Shown here: positions 10,501-21,430 of the stretch, in pieces | Layout: the number at the start of each line of letters is the position of its first letter | Position numbering within the stretch: position 1 is the first letter of the stretch | DNA from: Gemmatimonas aurantiaca | GTDB taxonomy: Bacteria; Gemmatimonadota; Gemmatimonadetes; Gemmatimonadales; Gemmatimonadaceae | Direction: 5' to 3' | DNA: 64,000 nucleotides | NCBI RefSeq assembly: GCF_037190085.1 | Contig: NZ_JBBCJO010000015.1 | Location: 3,480 to 67,479, forward strand | The notes under the pieces: generated by a model | The model's input: the letters and a program-made list of their open reading frames with translations, nothing else | Told to the model about the DNA's origin: nothing | The model's database searches: none | Translations under genes and position numbers: made by a program

Positions 10501-11153
10501 GCATCGCCCGGTGCGACGACGGGGTCGATGTCGGCATCCGGCCACCGGCGCCATGTGGCGTAGTCCCGCGCAAAAACCTGTGGCGACCAGCTTTTGGCCA
10601 CCACCCACGCGGCCAGTGACACATTCTCGTAGAATGTGCGACGCCACCAGTCCTCCATCGCTTCGGTGATGAGCGCTTCACCATCCTCCAGCAACTGCAC
10701 ACCGAACGAAGCGCCGCTCTCCAGGGCGAACTCGTCGAGCACCCGCCGGCAGAAGCCATGAATGGTGAACACCGAAAGAGAGTCCAGTGCGGCCAGCGCC
10801 TCCCGGATGCGCATCAGTGCCCAGAGTTCACGTCCATCGGCCAATCGTCTCAGCATCTCGATCGTCGGCGTGCTCTCGTGATCCCGGGCACCTGCCCAGA
10901 CATCGCGCGCGAGGTGCAGCATGTTCCGGATGCGGGTGACCAGTTCTTCGGTCGCCGCGTTGGTGAAGGTGACCACCAGGATATTGGCGAGACCATCGAC
11001 CACCGGGCGGTCGTCCTCCATCTCCAGCAGCAGGCGCACCACGCTCATGGCGATGTTGAATGTCTTGCCCGTGCCGGCACTGGCCTCGATGAGCGAGATC
11101 CCCCGATCGAACGGCGTGCAATCCACTTCGAAGGGCGGCATGATCGTGGTCAC
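7497..11153 (-). CDS. recB: Exodeoxyribonuclease V beta subunit RecB (helicase-nuclease)
   Basis: UvrD-like motifs (EASAGTGKT, FTNAATEEL, DEFQDTD, GDPKQAIYGFRGAD). The C-terminal RecB nuclease motif GFVDLLFEHEGRWYVVDWKSNQLG is present. The gene has 4-nt overlaps with both recC and recD. Confidence 0.92.
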   Translation of the reverse strand: MTTIMPPFEVDCTPFDRGISLIEASAGTGKTFNIAMSVVRLLLEMEDDRPVVDGLANILVVTFTNAATEELVTRIRNMLHLARDVWAGARDHESTPTIEMLRRLADGRELWALMRIREALAALDSLSVFTIHGFCRRVLDEFALESGASFGVQLLEDGEALITEAMEDWWRRTFYENVSLAAWVVAKSWSPQVFARDYATWRRWPDADIDPVVAPGDAQAAVRRALDAFAAVWSLDALRAAAASVQWNKGAPLAAVFEAPEAPDDLERLAVRATTGDLSAAQEIADMLRADALYAKANKAGKQNRAAADAISDWPIARKASALHEALLTLELSLRADCLLATDTRVRAVKQERHVIGFDDLLAQLHTVLAAQGSDGLLARAIRRQYQAALIDEFQDTDSHQFHVFRIAFAKRPLFLIGDPKQAIYGFRGADVRAYLAAGRAAAHRYTLGQNHRSTPAMVQAVNALFSRRAAPFVDDEIRFQPAVAREHPAPPARLMGRHALQWLYLPPEERNGKPVPTSAGDARALLLEACADIVVRYVAEGWNPNRIAVLVRAGHEGADMVRLLANAGVPAVLTGLGDVMHSREMEELQRVLEAIAAPGNFARVRAALTTGLWGFGHDDLRRLNTPAGEAEWEEILNHFVTLRDLWVARGVLQLLGRLFELRQVVARLLAQVDGERRLTNLRHAQELLHEAAESEALGMEGLLRWLESTRAEQADARGVRELRLESDDEAVQVVTVHRSKGLEYDIVLCPTLWSVRRVDASAPVLVHEGERVVFDHGSAQRETRIAEAERERLAEDCRLVYVALTRARYRTYVGWGPIGRAPNGSEHSALSWLLYDGETVNASPAEVAESLRDDLHCWEPMLRSLVEAHASYMAVDIVDSWRPVGRVPTQVRNADVTPAARILPAFPTPRERFSTFSIASFTSLTAGSYEAMRGAAHEGAARDRDDQSDVTQAAPIVREAGDFRTFPAGTGPGIVLHALFERACFDATDEELRALIWRELEPLDMSAEERNARIEAVLGMMRGVLRSRVGALSFSLDQVPASRTKREWQFLLPLASTDHALTRQGLARVFAQYGGTRGAAYADQVRALGADRVHGFLTGFVDLLFEHEGRWYVVDWKSNQLGFDIDSYAEASLERVMAGHHNVQQYHLYLVAVHRFLKQRVPGYRYETHMGGAAYAFLRGFSPAVAAGSGWYVDRPDVTLIDALDAVLDGRRSEAGA

Positions 11154-14100
11154 GATTCCGTGCTCCCCGCTTCCATCCGCATATCGGCCTGCCCGTCGAC
11201 CAGCCCTTCCGTGGTCAACGCGGACTCGGCCGGCACCCAGAACGCCTCGGTAAGTGCGACGAATTCCTCCGCGTGCGTCTCGAAGGGATCACGGCCACGC
11301 CAGAGCAGCGCCACGTAGGGATCGTCGGCGTCGCCCGTGCTGAACTCCCCCCCGGGCACATAGGCAGCGCGCGCGGCATCCAACGGTAATCTGGCTCCTT
11401 TCTTCGTGGCATTCACCGCCTTCCGATAGGCTTCGGCCGCGCCGGGAAAGTAGGGCACCGGCATGGAGAGCATGCGTCGATAGTGCCCGATGAGCACGTC
11501 GAGCAACGCCATGGGTTCCTGCAGGGCCTCGAATGTACGCACGCCGTCCAGCGACATCACACGCGTGGGACCGACGCCTCCCGCGGCGGCACGCGCCACG
11601 TGAGCAATCCACGCCTGCGTGAGATCCTTCACCTTGAGCGTGGCCGCGCGCACGCGCCACTGTTCATCCGGCAGCTGAAAATCGAGACGCCCCACCAGCT
11701 GCCAGTCACGCCTCTCCACATCCACGGTCAGCGGCTCGAGAAACTGCGGGCGCCCGATCCGTCGCACCATCGGCGCCATCTGTCGCGACAGTCGATCGTA
11801 CCACGCTTCGCCGAGCGGACCGGGAGGCAATTCTCCCGACGCCTCCACCAGCAGGCGTCGCGTACCGGCCGTGTGCGCACGATGCAGCACATCTTCGAGC
11901 ATGCGCTGCTGGACACGGGTCCGGAGAAGACCGTCCATCTGCATGGGCTCGATATCCTGCACGGCTTCCCGCGCCGCACGCAGCGACAACTGCAACACCC
12001 GCTCCGCATGAAATCGCGAGGGATTGCACCACGCTGCCATGAGATCGTCCAGCGTGATCACCAGGCGTTCGGAAACCGTGTGCGCCCCGACTCCGACAAA
12101 CGGCGGATCGACCAGCCGCTCCGATGCATCCGATATACTGCGTGCCAATGCGGCATCATAACTGAACAGGGCCGCCGTGGGGTCATCCGCCGTGGCAAAA
12201 TAGGCCACACTGAACGGCTGCAATCGATGTTCCACGCGCAATGACGGATGGGGCGCACCATCCGTCGTCCGCACCGTCTCCTGCAGATACTGCAGCAACT
12301 CCGCCACCACGATGGAGGGCGCGATCTCGGCATTGTTCGTCTGCGAGCGACCCACATACGAAATGTGCAGGCGATCTTCCGCGCACAGCAGCGTGTCCAG
12401 TATCAATTGCCGGTCGTCCATGCGCGGATCGCGGTCACCCGGCTGCCGGGTGCTGCCGATGAGATCGAACGCCGGTCGTCGCTCACGGCGTGGATAGGCG
12501 CGATCGTCGAGACCGAGCATGGCGATGACCCGGTGGGGGATGGCCCGCATGGGCTTCATCGCACAGATCGTGAGACCACCGGTCAGAAACCCGGTGGCGT
12601 GCTCCCGACTCTGCATCGCCGACGACAGCCAGTCCCGCACCACCTCGAAAGCCACGACGGGGCCACGGCCATCATCATCGAGTGGCAAGGACGGCCAGGC
12701 GTTTCGCAGCGTGCCCTGCAGCGCGCGGATTTCCGACAGAATCTCTTCGTACGTCCGGCGCTCGGCCGCTCCATCGGGTTCGACGGCCCAGGTGAGGACG
12801 GCTTCGAGCACCACCGACCACTCCGACAACACACGCGGCGTTCTGAGCAGACGCAGATATTCGTCCAGACGCTCGGCCCAGTCCGCAAAGACGCCGAGCA
12901 ACTCGCTGTCTCCCGCGAGATCGCCGGCCACCGGCAGCCGGCCGTCGATGATCGCGTCGACGGGGCCGGCGGCATACCCGGCAAGCAAACGATCGAGTCC
13001 GGTGCGCCAACTGTTTTCGCCGAACGCGGGAAGCTCCAGACGTTCGGCACGATCAGCGGCATCCCACCCCCAGCGGATGCCGGCACTCTGCACCCACGTC
13101 GTGATGTGCTCCACCTGAGCGACGGTGATACCGAGCCTGCGACGCACGGGAGCCAGCGCGAGCAGGCGCATGACCTCACTGGCCGACAGACGCGACGTGA
13201 CCAACCCCAGCAGCAGCTCGAATGCCTGCAGCGGCGCGGATTCGCGGGCCAGGGCACGATCGGCCACCCGGAACGGAATGGTGATCCGATTGCCGGAGCC
13301 GCCCCCCCCGAACACGGACTCCGCGAGTGGGGCATAACGTTCCACGTCGGGGACCATCACGAGGATATCGTGAGGTCTGAGCGATGGATCGGACGCGAAG
13401 GCATCCAGCAGTTGATCCCGCAGCACCTCCATTTCGCGCAGCGGCGAATGGCAGATGTGCACGCCGATCGATCGATCGTTGGGCGCGACCAGGTACGTGG
13501 ACGAAGCTGGCTCCGGCCACAGCATGGCACGCTGCAGATGATGCAGCAGCGTATCGCCCGATGGTCGCGCGGCACGCACATGGTGCATGCGCGGTGCCGT
13601 GCCGCCGGGTGACGGCGTGGTCAGGAGGCCGAGCAGTTCCCGCGATGCATGCCCGAACTGTTCGAACAGAGGCGAGTGCTCTTCACCCGGCCGCCAGTTC
13701 TCCCCATCGGGGATGAGCACGTAGAAACGCACGGGCACGAACCGCGCCACCGCCTGCAACAGACGGATGAACAGTGGCGGCAGCGTGGAGATGCCGAACA
13801 CCGACAGTCTCGGCGGCAATCCTCCGGGAGCCACGGTCGCCTGCTCCAGACGTTCGATCGTCTGCAGGAACCACCGGGCGAAGTGCAGTGGCCGCTCTCC
13901 TTTGCCTTCGAGCAACCGCTGCCACAGCGCCCGCTGCCATGTGACATGCGGATTGTCGTGCGCCTCCGGCGATTCGGCGAGCGCTGCGTCACTCCCCGAC
14001 TCCCAATCGAGCAGCCATTGCGGCCGATACAGGCGATATTCGTCGAAACGGCCGCTGATGCGACGGGCCAGTCCGTACCGTTTCACCGGGTCCGCCCGTG

Positions 14101-14488
14101 AGAGGAACTGCCGCAGCGGCGCATACACGGCCTCCCGCATCAACGCTTCGTCGCTGAGCAGCGAGAAGAGCCGCCAGGTGAGCGCTTCCTCCTCGAAGCG
14201 CGCGTCGATGGTCTGGAGGGGCTGCAGCGCGTCGGCCAGCGACCGGCAGAACGCCGCGGGAAACGGCAACCGCAACGACGCCGCACACCCGCGTCGCCGG
14301 GCCAATTGCTGCCGTACCCAACGTTCCATGCCCAGACTCTGCACCACCACGATATCGTCGTCGAACGGTGGCAACGGCATCGCGGTCAGGATCTGGTCGA
14401 GATGCTCCACCAGCGCGTATGGCGAATCACCGGTGACGATCTCCAGACCGGCCACGGTTTCGACGGTTTCCCTCACTCCCGCATTCAC
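11150..14488 (-). CDS. recC: Exodeoxyribonuclease V gamma subunit RecC (GTG start)
   Basis: 1112-aa protein immediately upstream of recB with an ATGA-type overlap at 11150-11153. Its size and position match RecC. The N-terminal region VVQSLGMERWVRQQLA is typical of RecC. Confidence 0.85.
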   Translation of the reverse strand: MNAGVRETVETVAGLEIVTGDSPYALVEHLDQILTAMPLPPFDDDIVVVQSLGMERWVRQQLARRRGCAASLRLPFPAAFCRSLADALQPLQTIDARFEEEALTWRLFSLLSDEALMREAVYAPLRQFLSRADPVKRYGLARRISGRFDEYRLYRPQWLLDWESGSDAALAESPEAHDNPHVTWQRALWQRLLEGKGERPLHFARWFLQTIERLEQATVAPGGLPPRLSVFGISTLPPLFIRLLQAVARFVPVRFYVLIPDGENWRPGEEHSPLFEQFGHASRELLGLLTTPSPGGTAPRMHHVRAARPSGDTLLHHLQRAMLWPEPASSTYLVAPNDRSIGVHICHSPLREMEVLRDQLLDAFASDPSLRPHDILVMVPDVERYAPLAESVFGGGGSGNRITIPFRVADRALARESAPLQAFELLLGLVTSRLSASEVMRLLALAPVRRRLGITVAQVEHITTWVQSAGIRWGWDAADRAERLELPAFGENSWRTGLDRLLAGYAAGPVDAIIDGRLPVAGDLAGDSELLGVFADWAERLDEYLRLLRTPRVLSEWSVVLEAVLTWAVEPDGAAERRTYEEILSEIRALQGTLRNAWPSLPLDDDGRGPVVAFEVVRDWLSSAMQSREHATGFLTGGLTICAMKPMRAIPHRVIAMLGLDDRAYPRRERRPAFDLIGSTRQPGDRDPRMDDRQLILDTLLCAEDRLHISYVGRSQTNNAEIAPSIVVAELLQYLQETVRTTDGAPHPSLRVEHRLQPFSVAYFATADDPTAALFSYDAALARSISDASERLVDPPFVGVGAHTVSERLVITLDDLMAAWCNPSRFHAERVLQLSLRAAREAVQDIEPMQMDGLLRTRVQQRMLEDVLHRAHTAGTRRLLVEASGELPPGPLGEAWYDRLSRQMAPMVRRIGRPQFLEPLTVDVERRDWQLVGRLDFQLPDEQWRVRAATLKVKDLTQAWIAHVARAAAGGVGPTRVMSLDGVRTFEALQEPMALLDVLIGHYRRMLSMPVPYFPGAAEAYRKAVNATKKGARLPLDAARAAYVPGGEFSTGDADDPYVALLWRGRDPFETHAEEFVALTEAFWVPAESALTTEGLVDGQADMRMEAGSTES

Positions 14489-14498
14489 CTCGACACGC

Positions 14499-15884
14499 TC
14501 ACGTCAATGCGCGATCGGCGGCGATCACGGCGTTGAGCAGCACATCGGCACCGTGCGCGACGTCTTCCGGCTTCGTGAATTCCCGCGGGGAGTGACTGAT
14601 ACCGCCCACGCTGGGCACGAAGATCATTCCCATCGGCGCGATATGCGCCACTTCCTGCGCATCATGCCCCGCGCCGCTGGGCATGCGCTGATGCGACAAC
14701 CCCAGCGCGATGGCGCTCTGCTGGACGATGTCCATGATGCGGGGGTCGGAGAGTGCCGGCTGACTGTTGGCGTTGGTCGCGAACGCGAACGTCGTCCGCG
14801 TGGCTTCTCCGATCTCCTGGGCGATCTGCCGGAAGCGCGCCGCGAAACGCTCCAGTTTCGCGCCGTCGATATCGCGCAGATCGATCGTCATCACCACCTG
14901 CCCCGGAATGACGTTGGTGGTGTTCGGGGTCACGTTCACACGCCCGACGGTGGCCACCTGTCGCCCCGGTTCACCACGAATGGCCTCGTTGATGGCCACG
15001 GTGAAACGGGCCGCGGCCAGCATCGCATCCTGCCGCTGATCCATCGGCGTGGTGCCGGCATGATTGGAGAATCCCGTGATCGTGACCTCGAACCACCGCA
15101 ACCCCACGATGCCTTCCACCACCCCGATCTGCCGGCCGCCCTGCTCCAGCAATCCACCCTGCTCGATGTGCAACTCCATGTAACAGGCCACATCGCCTTT
15201 CTTCTTCACACTCTCGCCGATGCGGTCCGGATCGCCTCCGATGAGGCGGATCCCTTCACGCAGCGTCTTTCCGGAGCGGGCGACACGCGCGAGGTCCTGC
15301 TCTGTGAGCAGCCCCACGAACCCCTGACTGCCGACGGTTCCACCCTCCTCGTTCTGCCACACCACCACATCGAGCGCATGCCGCAATCGCACACGCTGCT
15401 CCGCCAGCGACCGCGCCACTTCGATGGCGCTGAACGAACCCACGGGACCATCGAAGTTGCCGCCATCGGTGACCGAGTCGATGTGCGAGCCGATCATGAT
15501 GGGTGCCAGCCTGGCATCCGTACCCGGCACCCGCGCGATGATGTTCCCCAGGGTATCGAGCCGCGGCGTCAGGCCGCTCTGACGGAACAGGTCGAGCGTG
15601 AAGCGACGTCCCTCCAGATCGGCCTCACTGTACGCCACCCGGTTGATGCCGCCCGCTGTGCGGCCGATGCGATCGAATTGCGCCAGCCAGCCATTGAGGC
15701 GATCCCCGTTGACCCGCACGGGCGCGACGGGACTCCCGACATCGGCACTGTCCCTCCCGCGTCCCCACGCCGCGCCGAACACCGACCCTGCGACCGGTGC
15801 CGCCGGCAATACGGCCGCGAGTGTGGCCGCGTGCTGCAGGAAGGTGCGACGATGCATCGGTTCTTCATCCCGGGAAATGGTCAT
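14499..15884 (-). CDS. Peptidase M20 family amidohydrolase (allantoate amidohydrolase / N-carbamoyl-L-amino-acid hydrolase type) with Tat-like signal
   Basis: Family-typical blocks are present: IMIGSHIDSV..GGNFDGP, WQNEEGG and MPSGAGHDA. The N-terminus RRTFLQHAATLAAVLPA looks like a twin-arginine signal. The stop codon is 10 nt upstream of the recC start. Confidence 0.75.
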   Translation of the reverse strand: MTISRDEEPMHRRTFLQHAATLAAVLPAAPVAGSVFGAAWGRGRDSADVGSPVAPVRVNGDRLNGWLAQFDRIGRTAGGINRVAYSEADLEGRRFTLDLFRQSGLTPRLDTLGNIIARVPGTDARLAPIMIGSHIDSVTDGGNFDGPVGSFSAIEVARSLAEQRVRLRHALDVVVWQNEEGGTVGSQGFVGLLTEQDLARVARSGKTLREGIRLIGGDPDRIGESVKKKGDVACYMELHIEQGGLLEQGGRQIGVVEGIVGLRWFEVTITGFSNHAGTTPMDQRQDAMLAAARFTVAINEAIRGEPGRQVATVGRVNVTPNTTNVIPGQVVMTIDLRDIDGAKLERFAARFRQIAQEIGEATRTTFAFATNANSQPALSDPRIMDIVQQSAIALGLSHQRMPSGAGHDAQEVAHIAPMGMIFVPSVGGISHSPREFTKPEDVAHGADVLLNAVIAADRALT

Positions 15885-15976
15885 GCAGCAACGCTAGCAC
15901 CGCGCCGCACGATTGGCGCGGGGGCAGGGATCAACGGTGTGAGGGAGTCCGCCCGACGATAGCCTTCCGAGCCGGA

Positions 15977-17056
15977 ATGAGACACTTTGCAATGACCGAC
16001 GCCGTCACCGCTCCGCTGGCTCCAACACCTCCAATGACCCTACCGCCCGTCGACCCTTCCTCTGACGCGCCGTTCGCGGTGCCAGGCGCCGCCAACCAGG
16101 ACCTCGGCTTCGGCCGGGTGGTGGCCCAGCAGACGCGCGGTCGTTTTCTCTCCAAGAACGGCCGTCTCACCGCCCGCAAGTACGGACTCGGCGCGCAGCG
16201 CACCGAACGGCTCTACCTCGAAGCGCTCAATACGCCGTGGAGCGTTTTCCTGCTCTGGACCGTTGGCGGTGTGCTGCTCATCAACGGCATCTTCGCGCTG
16301 GCCTACGGCTCGCTGGGCAGCGAGGCCATTGCCGGCACGGGCACGCTGGGACTCGACGATCCCTTCCTGCGCGCCTTCGTCTACAGCGTCGGTGCGTTCA
16401 CCACCACCGGTACCGACGGATTGCACGCCGTGGGCAGTGCGGCGCATCTGCTCACCGTCGTGCAGACGCTGCTCGGGCCGCTCATCGGCATGATCGTCGC
16501 CGGTCTGGTGATCGCGCGCCTCACCCGGCCGCGCGCACGTCTGCGTTTCAGTGAGTCGGCGGTCATCGCTCCGTACGAAGGCGGCCGCGGCCTGATGTTC
16601 CGGTTCGTGAACGAGCTGCCCAGTGAACTCACCGACGTGCGGGTGGGCATGAGCCTGTCGTGGTACGAGGAGGTCGACGGCAAGCGCGAGCGCAACTTCC
16701 ATCCGCTGCCGCTCGAGCGCGACAATGTCCCGTTCTTTCCGCTGCACTGGACCGTCGTGCACCCGATCACGGCCGAAAGCCCGTTGCACGGTGTCACACC
16801 CGAACGGCTGTGCAGCGGCGACGCCGAGATCCTCGTGCTCATCACGGCACACGAAGAAACGTTCTCCACGCACATCTCGGTGCGGACCTCCTATCGCTGG
16901 GACGAGATCACCTGGGACGCGCGATATGCCAGCATCTTCACCACCAGCACGGACGATGCGCTGGCCATCGACGTGGAACGCCTGAGTCGCTTCGAGCGGT
17001 TGCCCGAAGGCACCACCCGCGTGCCCCCCGCGGCGGAGGGTGTGGCGATCCCCTGA
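15977..17056 (+). CDS. Kir (inward-rectifier)-like ion channel with non-canonical pore filter
   Basis: Two transmembrane helices flank a pore-helix region (FLRAFVYSVGAFTTTGTDGL). A beta-rich cytoplasmic domain follows, as in KirBac-type channels (RLRFSESAVIAPYEG..LMFRFVN..). The start was chosen at the ATG at 15977. Confidence 0.7.
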   Translation: MRHFAMTDAVTAPLAPTPPMTLPPVDPSSDAPFAVPGAANQDLGFGRVVAQQTRGRFLSKNGRLTARKYGLGAQRTERLYLEALNTPWSVFLLWTVGGVLLINGIFALAYGSLGSEAIAGTGTLGLDDPFLRAFVYSVGAFTTTGTDGLHAVGSAAHLLTVVQTLLGPLIGMIVAGLVIARLTRPRARLRFSESAVIAPYEGGRGLMFRFVNELPSELTDVRVGMSLSWYEEVDGKRERNFHPLPLERDNVPFFPLHWTVVHPITAESPLHGVTPERLCSGDAEILVLITAHEETFSTHISVRTSYRWDEITWDARYASIFTTSTDDALAIDVERLSRFERLPEGTTRVPPAAEGVAIP

Positions 17057-17071
17057 CGGGATGCCCGGGAT

Positions 17072-18667
17072 TCAGTGTGCGGCCACCTGGCGTGGATCGG
17101 TGTTGGCATCGACGTGATCGCCCCGCAGCGCGTCCAGATCGAGTTCCTGTTCGAGCTCACGCAGCACCTCGTCGGAGATCGCGCCTTCGTTGCGCAAACG
17201 GACGAGCAGACGCCGTTCCGCCTCCCGCATGCGTGAACGCACATGATGTCGCGCGTGCGCCGCCTGCGGATCGCGATGATGTTCCAGGCGTTCCCGCAGT
17301 TCGCTGCGCAGCCATGTCACGTCGGTCTGACTCAGCGCCCCTTCCCGCGCGGCGTCCTCGAGTTCTTCCGATGCACGACGCAGCGCTTCCATGCGGGCGA
17401 ACTGCTCCTCGTCGTGATGCCGCGTTTCAGGCTGGAAATTGAACGCCCGGATGATCGGCGCCAGTGAGCATCCCTGCACGACCAGCGTGACGAGAATGAC
17501 ACTCATGGTCACGTACAGCACTTCCTCACGGAACGGGAACGCGCTGCCGTCGGCCAGCGTGAGCGGCAGGGCCAGCGCCGTGGCCAGTGAGACGATGCCC
17601 CGCATGCTGGTCCAGGCCACCAGCATCACCGCCTTGGGCGACACGGCCTCGCGACGTGCCCGGTCGCGATCGAACAGCCGCGGCAGATAGCCGACGATGG
17701 GCACCCAGACGAGACGCGCCCCGATGACGACCAGCGAAATGATCAGGCCCGGCACGAGGTAGTGCGGCAACTCGTCGGGCGTACTGGTGCGCAGCAGCTT
17801 CGCGAACTGCATGCCCAGCAGCACGAAGATCATCGCATTCAACACGAAGATCAGCACTTCCCACACCGTGTTCGACTGCAGGCGGGACTTGGGCGTGATG
17901 GCGGTGGACAGATGCTGTCGCACGTACAGTCCCCCCGCCACGCACGCCAGCACCGCGGAGACGTTCAGCGTCTCGGCGATCATCCAGGCGGCATAGGGGG
18001 CGGCCAGCAGCAGCAGCGTTTCGACGAGTTCATCACGTGTACGACGCGCGGCGCGGATGAACAGCCATCCCACCAGCAACCCCACGAGCGTGCCCACGCC
18101 GGCGTCCACGAAAAAGCGCACGATGGATGCGCCCAGACTGAACACGCCGGTGACGGCCGCCACCACCGCCGACCGGTAGAGCACGAGCGCGGACGCATCG
18201 TTGACGAGGCTTTCTCCTTCGAGAATCACGATCACCCGTCGTGGCACGGGCAGGCGTGACACCACCGCCGCCGCGGCCACCGCATCGGGCGGCGAGACGA
18301 TGGCCCCCAGCGCCACGGCCACGGCCCAGGGCATGCCCGGAAACAATGCCCGGGCCATCCAGGCCACACCCAGTGTGGTGGCCACCACCAGTCCCACCGC
18401 CAGCAGCGCGATGGGACGGCGATTGGCCTTGAACTCCCGCAGCGAGGTGAAGTAGGCCGCCGCCCACAGAATCGGTGGCAGGAACACGAAGAAGACCAGG
18501 TCGGGCTCGAGCTCCGGCACGGTGACGTCGGGGAGGAACCCGAGCCCCAGCCCGGCGAGCACCTGCAGGACGGGGGCCGGCACGGGCAAACGTCGACCGA
18601 ACGCCGTCAGGGCGGCGATGAGCGCGACGAACGCGATGCCGAGGAGAATGGGGGAGTGGGAATGCAC
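17072..18667 (-). CDS. CPA1-family Na+/H+ antiporter (NhaP-like)
   Basis: About 12 hydrophobic segments, followed by a charged C-terminal tail. Typical blocks include LEGESLVNDASALVLY and WTSMRGIVSLATAL. Confidence 0.85.
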   Translation of the reverse strand: MHSHSPILLGIAFVALIAALTAFGRRLPVPAPVLQVLAGLGLGFLPDVTVPELEPDLVFFVFLPPILWAAAYFTSLREFKANRRPIALLAVGLVVATTLGVAWMARALFPGMPWAVAVALGAIVSPPDAVAAAAVVSRLPVPRRVIVILEGESLVNDASALVLYRSAVVAAVTGVFSLGASIVRFFVDAGVGTLVGLLVGWLFIRAARRTRDELVETLLLLAAPYAAWMIAETLNVSAVLACVAGGLYVRQHLSTAITPKSRLQSNTVWEVLIFVLNAMIFVLLGMQFAKLLRTSTPDELPHYLVPGLIISLVVIGARLVWVPIVGYLPRLFDRDRARREAVSPKAVMLVAWTSMRGIVSLATALALPLTLADGSAFPFREEVLYVTMSVILVTLVVQGCSLAPIIRAFNFQPETRHHDEEQFARMEALRRASEELEDAAREGALSQTDVTWLRSELRERLEHHRDPQAAHARHHVRSRMREAERRLLVRLRNEGAISDEVLRELEQELDLDALRGDHVDANTDPRQVAAH

Positions 18668-18762
18668 CTGTGCCAGACCGGGTTTGTGATATCCGCCATC
18701 GAAATGTGCGGGATCCGACGGTATTCTGCAGCATGGTACTTCATGGACTTCGATTGGGCAGG

Positions 18763-21061
<2,299 letters not shown>

Positions 21062-21117
21062 GCGGTCACGTGACCGGGCGCGTCCGGATAGCTGGCTATT
21101 GGGCGGGCCGCACGTTT

Positions 21118-21358
21118 GAGGGGCGCCCTGCGGGCGCGATGCCAGCAGGATGAACAGCCGGATAAAAGCAGGATTGGTCCCGTGCGGGCGGCGAGGATGT
21201 CGCGGGAATGATTTGAAAAATGGAACAACGGTCGTGCGGTTCCACCACGACCGTTGTTCCCCGTAGTTCAATCCTCAAAAAACCAACTGGCCACCAGGGA
21301 TATCCTGCAGGTATCCAGCGGTTCATCCTGCAGGTATCGCCGCCGCAGGCGGCCCCTC
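21118..21358. repeat. REP/MITE-like element: two inverted ~57-nt arms flanking a central 15-bp hairpin
   Basis: Arm 21118-21174 is about 80-85% complementary to arm 21302-21358 by hand alignment. Each arm contains its own small GC hairpin (gcgccc-tgc-gggcgc and gccgcc-gca-ggcggc). The right arm contains ATCCTGCAGGTATC twice. The element has no coding potential. Confidence 0.6.
21216..21260 (-). terminator. Intrinsic terminator (minus strand)
   Basis: A perfect 15-bp stem (21222-21236 with 21246-21260) with a 9-nt loop. On the minus strand it is followed by ATTTTTCAAAT. Confidence 0.7.
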
Positions 21359-21430
21359 AATGGTCGGGGCTCGCCCTCCACTCGCGGCCGATCACGATCC
21401 GGCGCAGAACCCGCCGGACCAGCCCCGAAC

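Noticed and set aside
8670-10619. 649-aa ORF antisense to recB. Similar long antisense ORFs lie at 12248-13612, 13767-15962, 22574-24460, 26309-27790, 29436-30725, 35458-37182, 37485-39770, 40423-41904, 45432-46892, 56073-57449 and 60403-63057.
   Set aside because: Each mirrors a gene with clear family motifs on the other strand. The translations are Arg/Gly/His/Pro-rich low complexity with no motifs. This is the usual stop-codon-poor antisense frame of high-GC DNA.
21255-21280. tRNA-like T-loop word (GTTCAATCC) in the 21-kb spacer.
   Set aside because: No flanking T-stem, acceptor stem or anticodon arm could be built. It is an isolated word only.
21118-21358. Possibility that the long imperfect palindrome is 6S RNA, tmRNA or SRP RNA.
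   Set aside because: None of the conserved sequence blocks I know for tmRNA or SRP RNA are present. Compensatory changes support local hairpins in each arm rather than one long 6S-like helix. It is kept as a repeat or structured element only.
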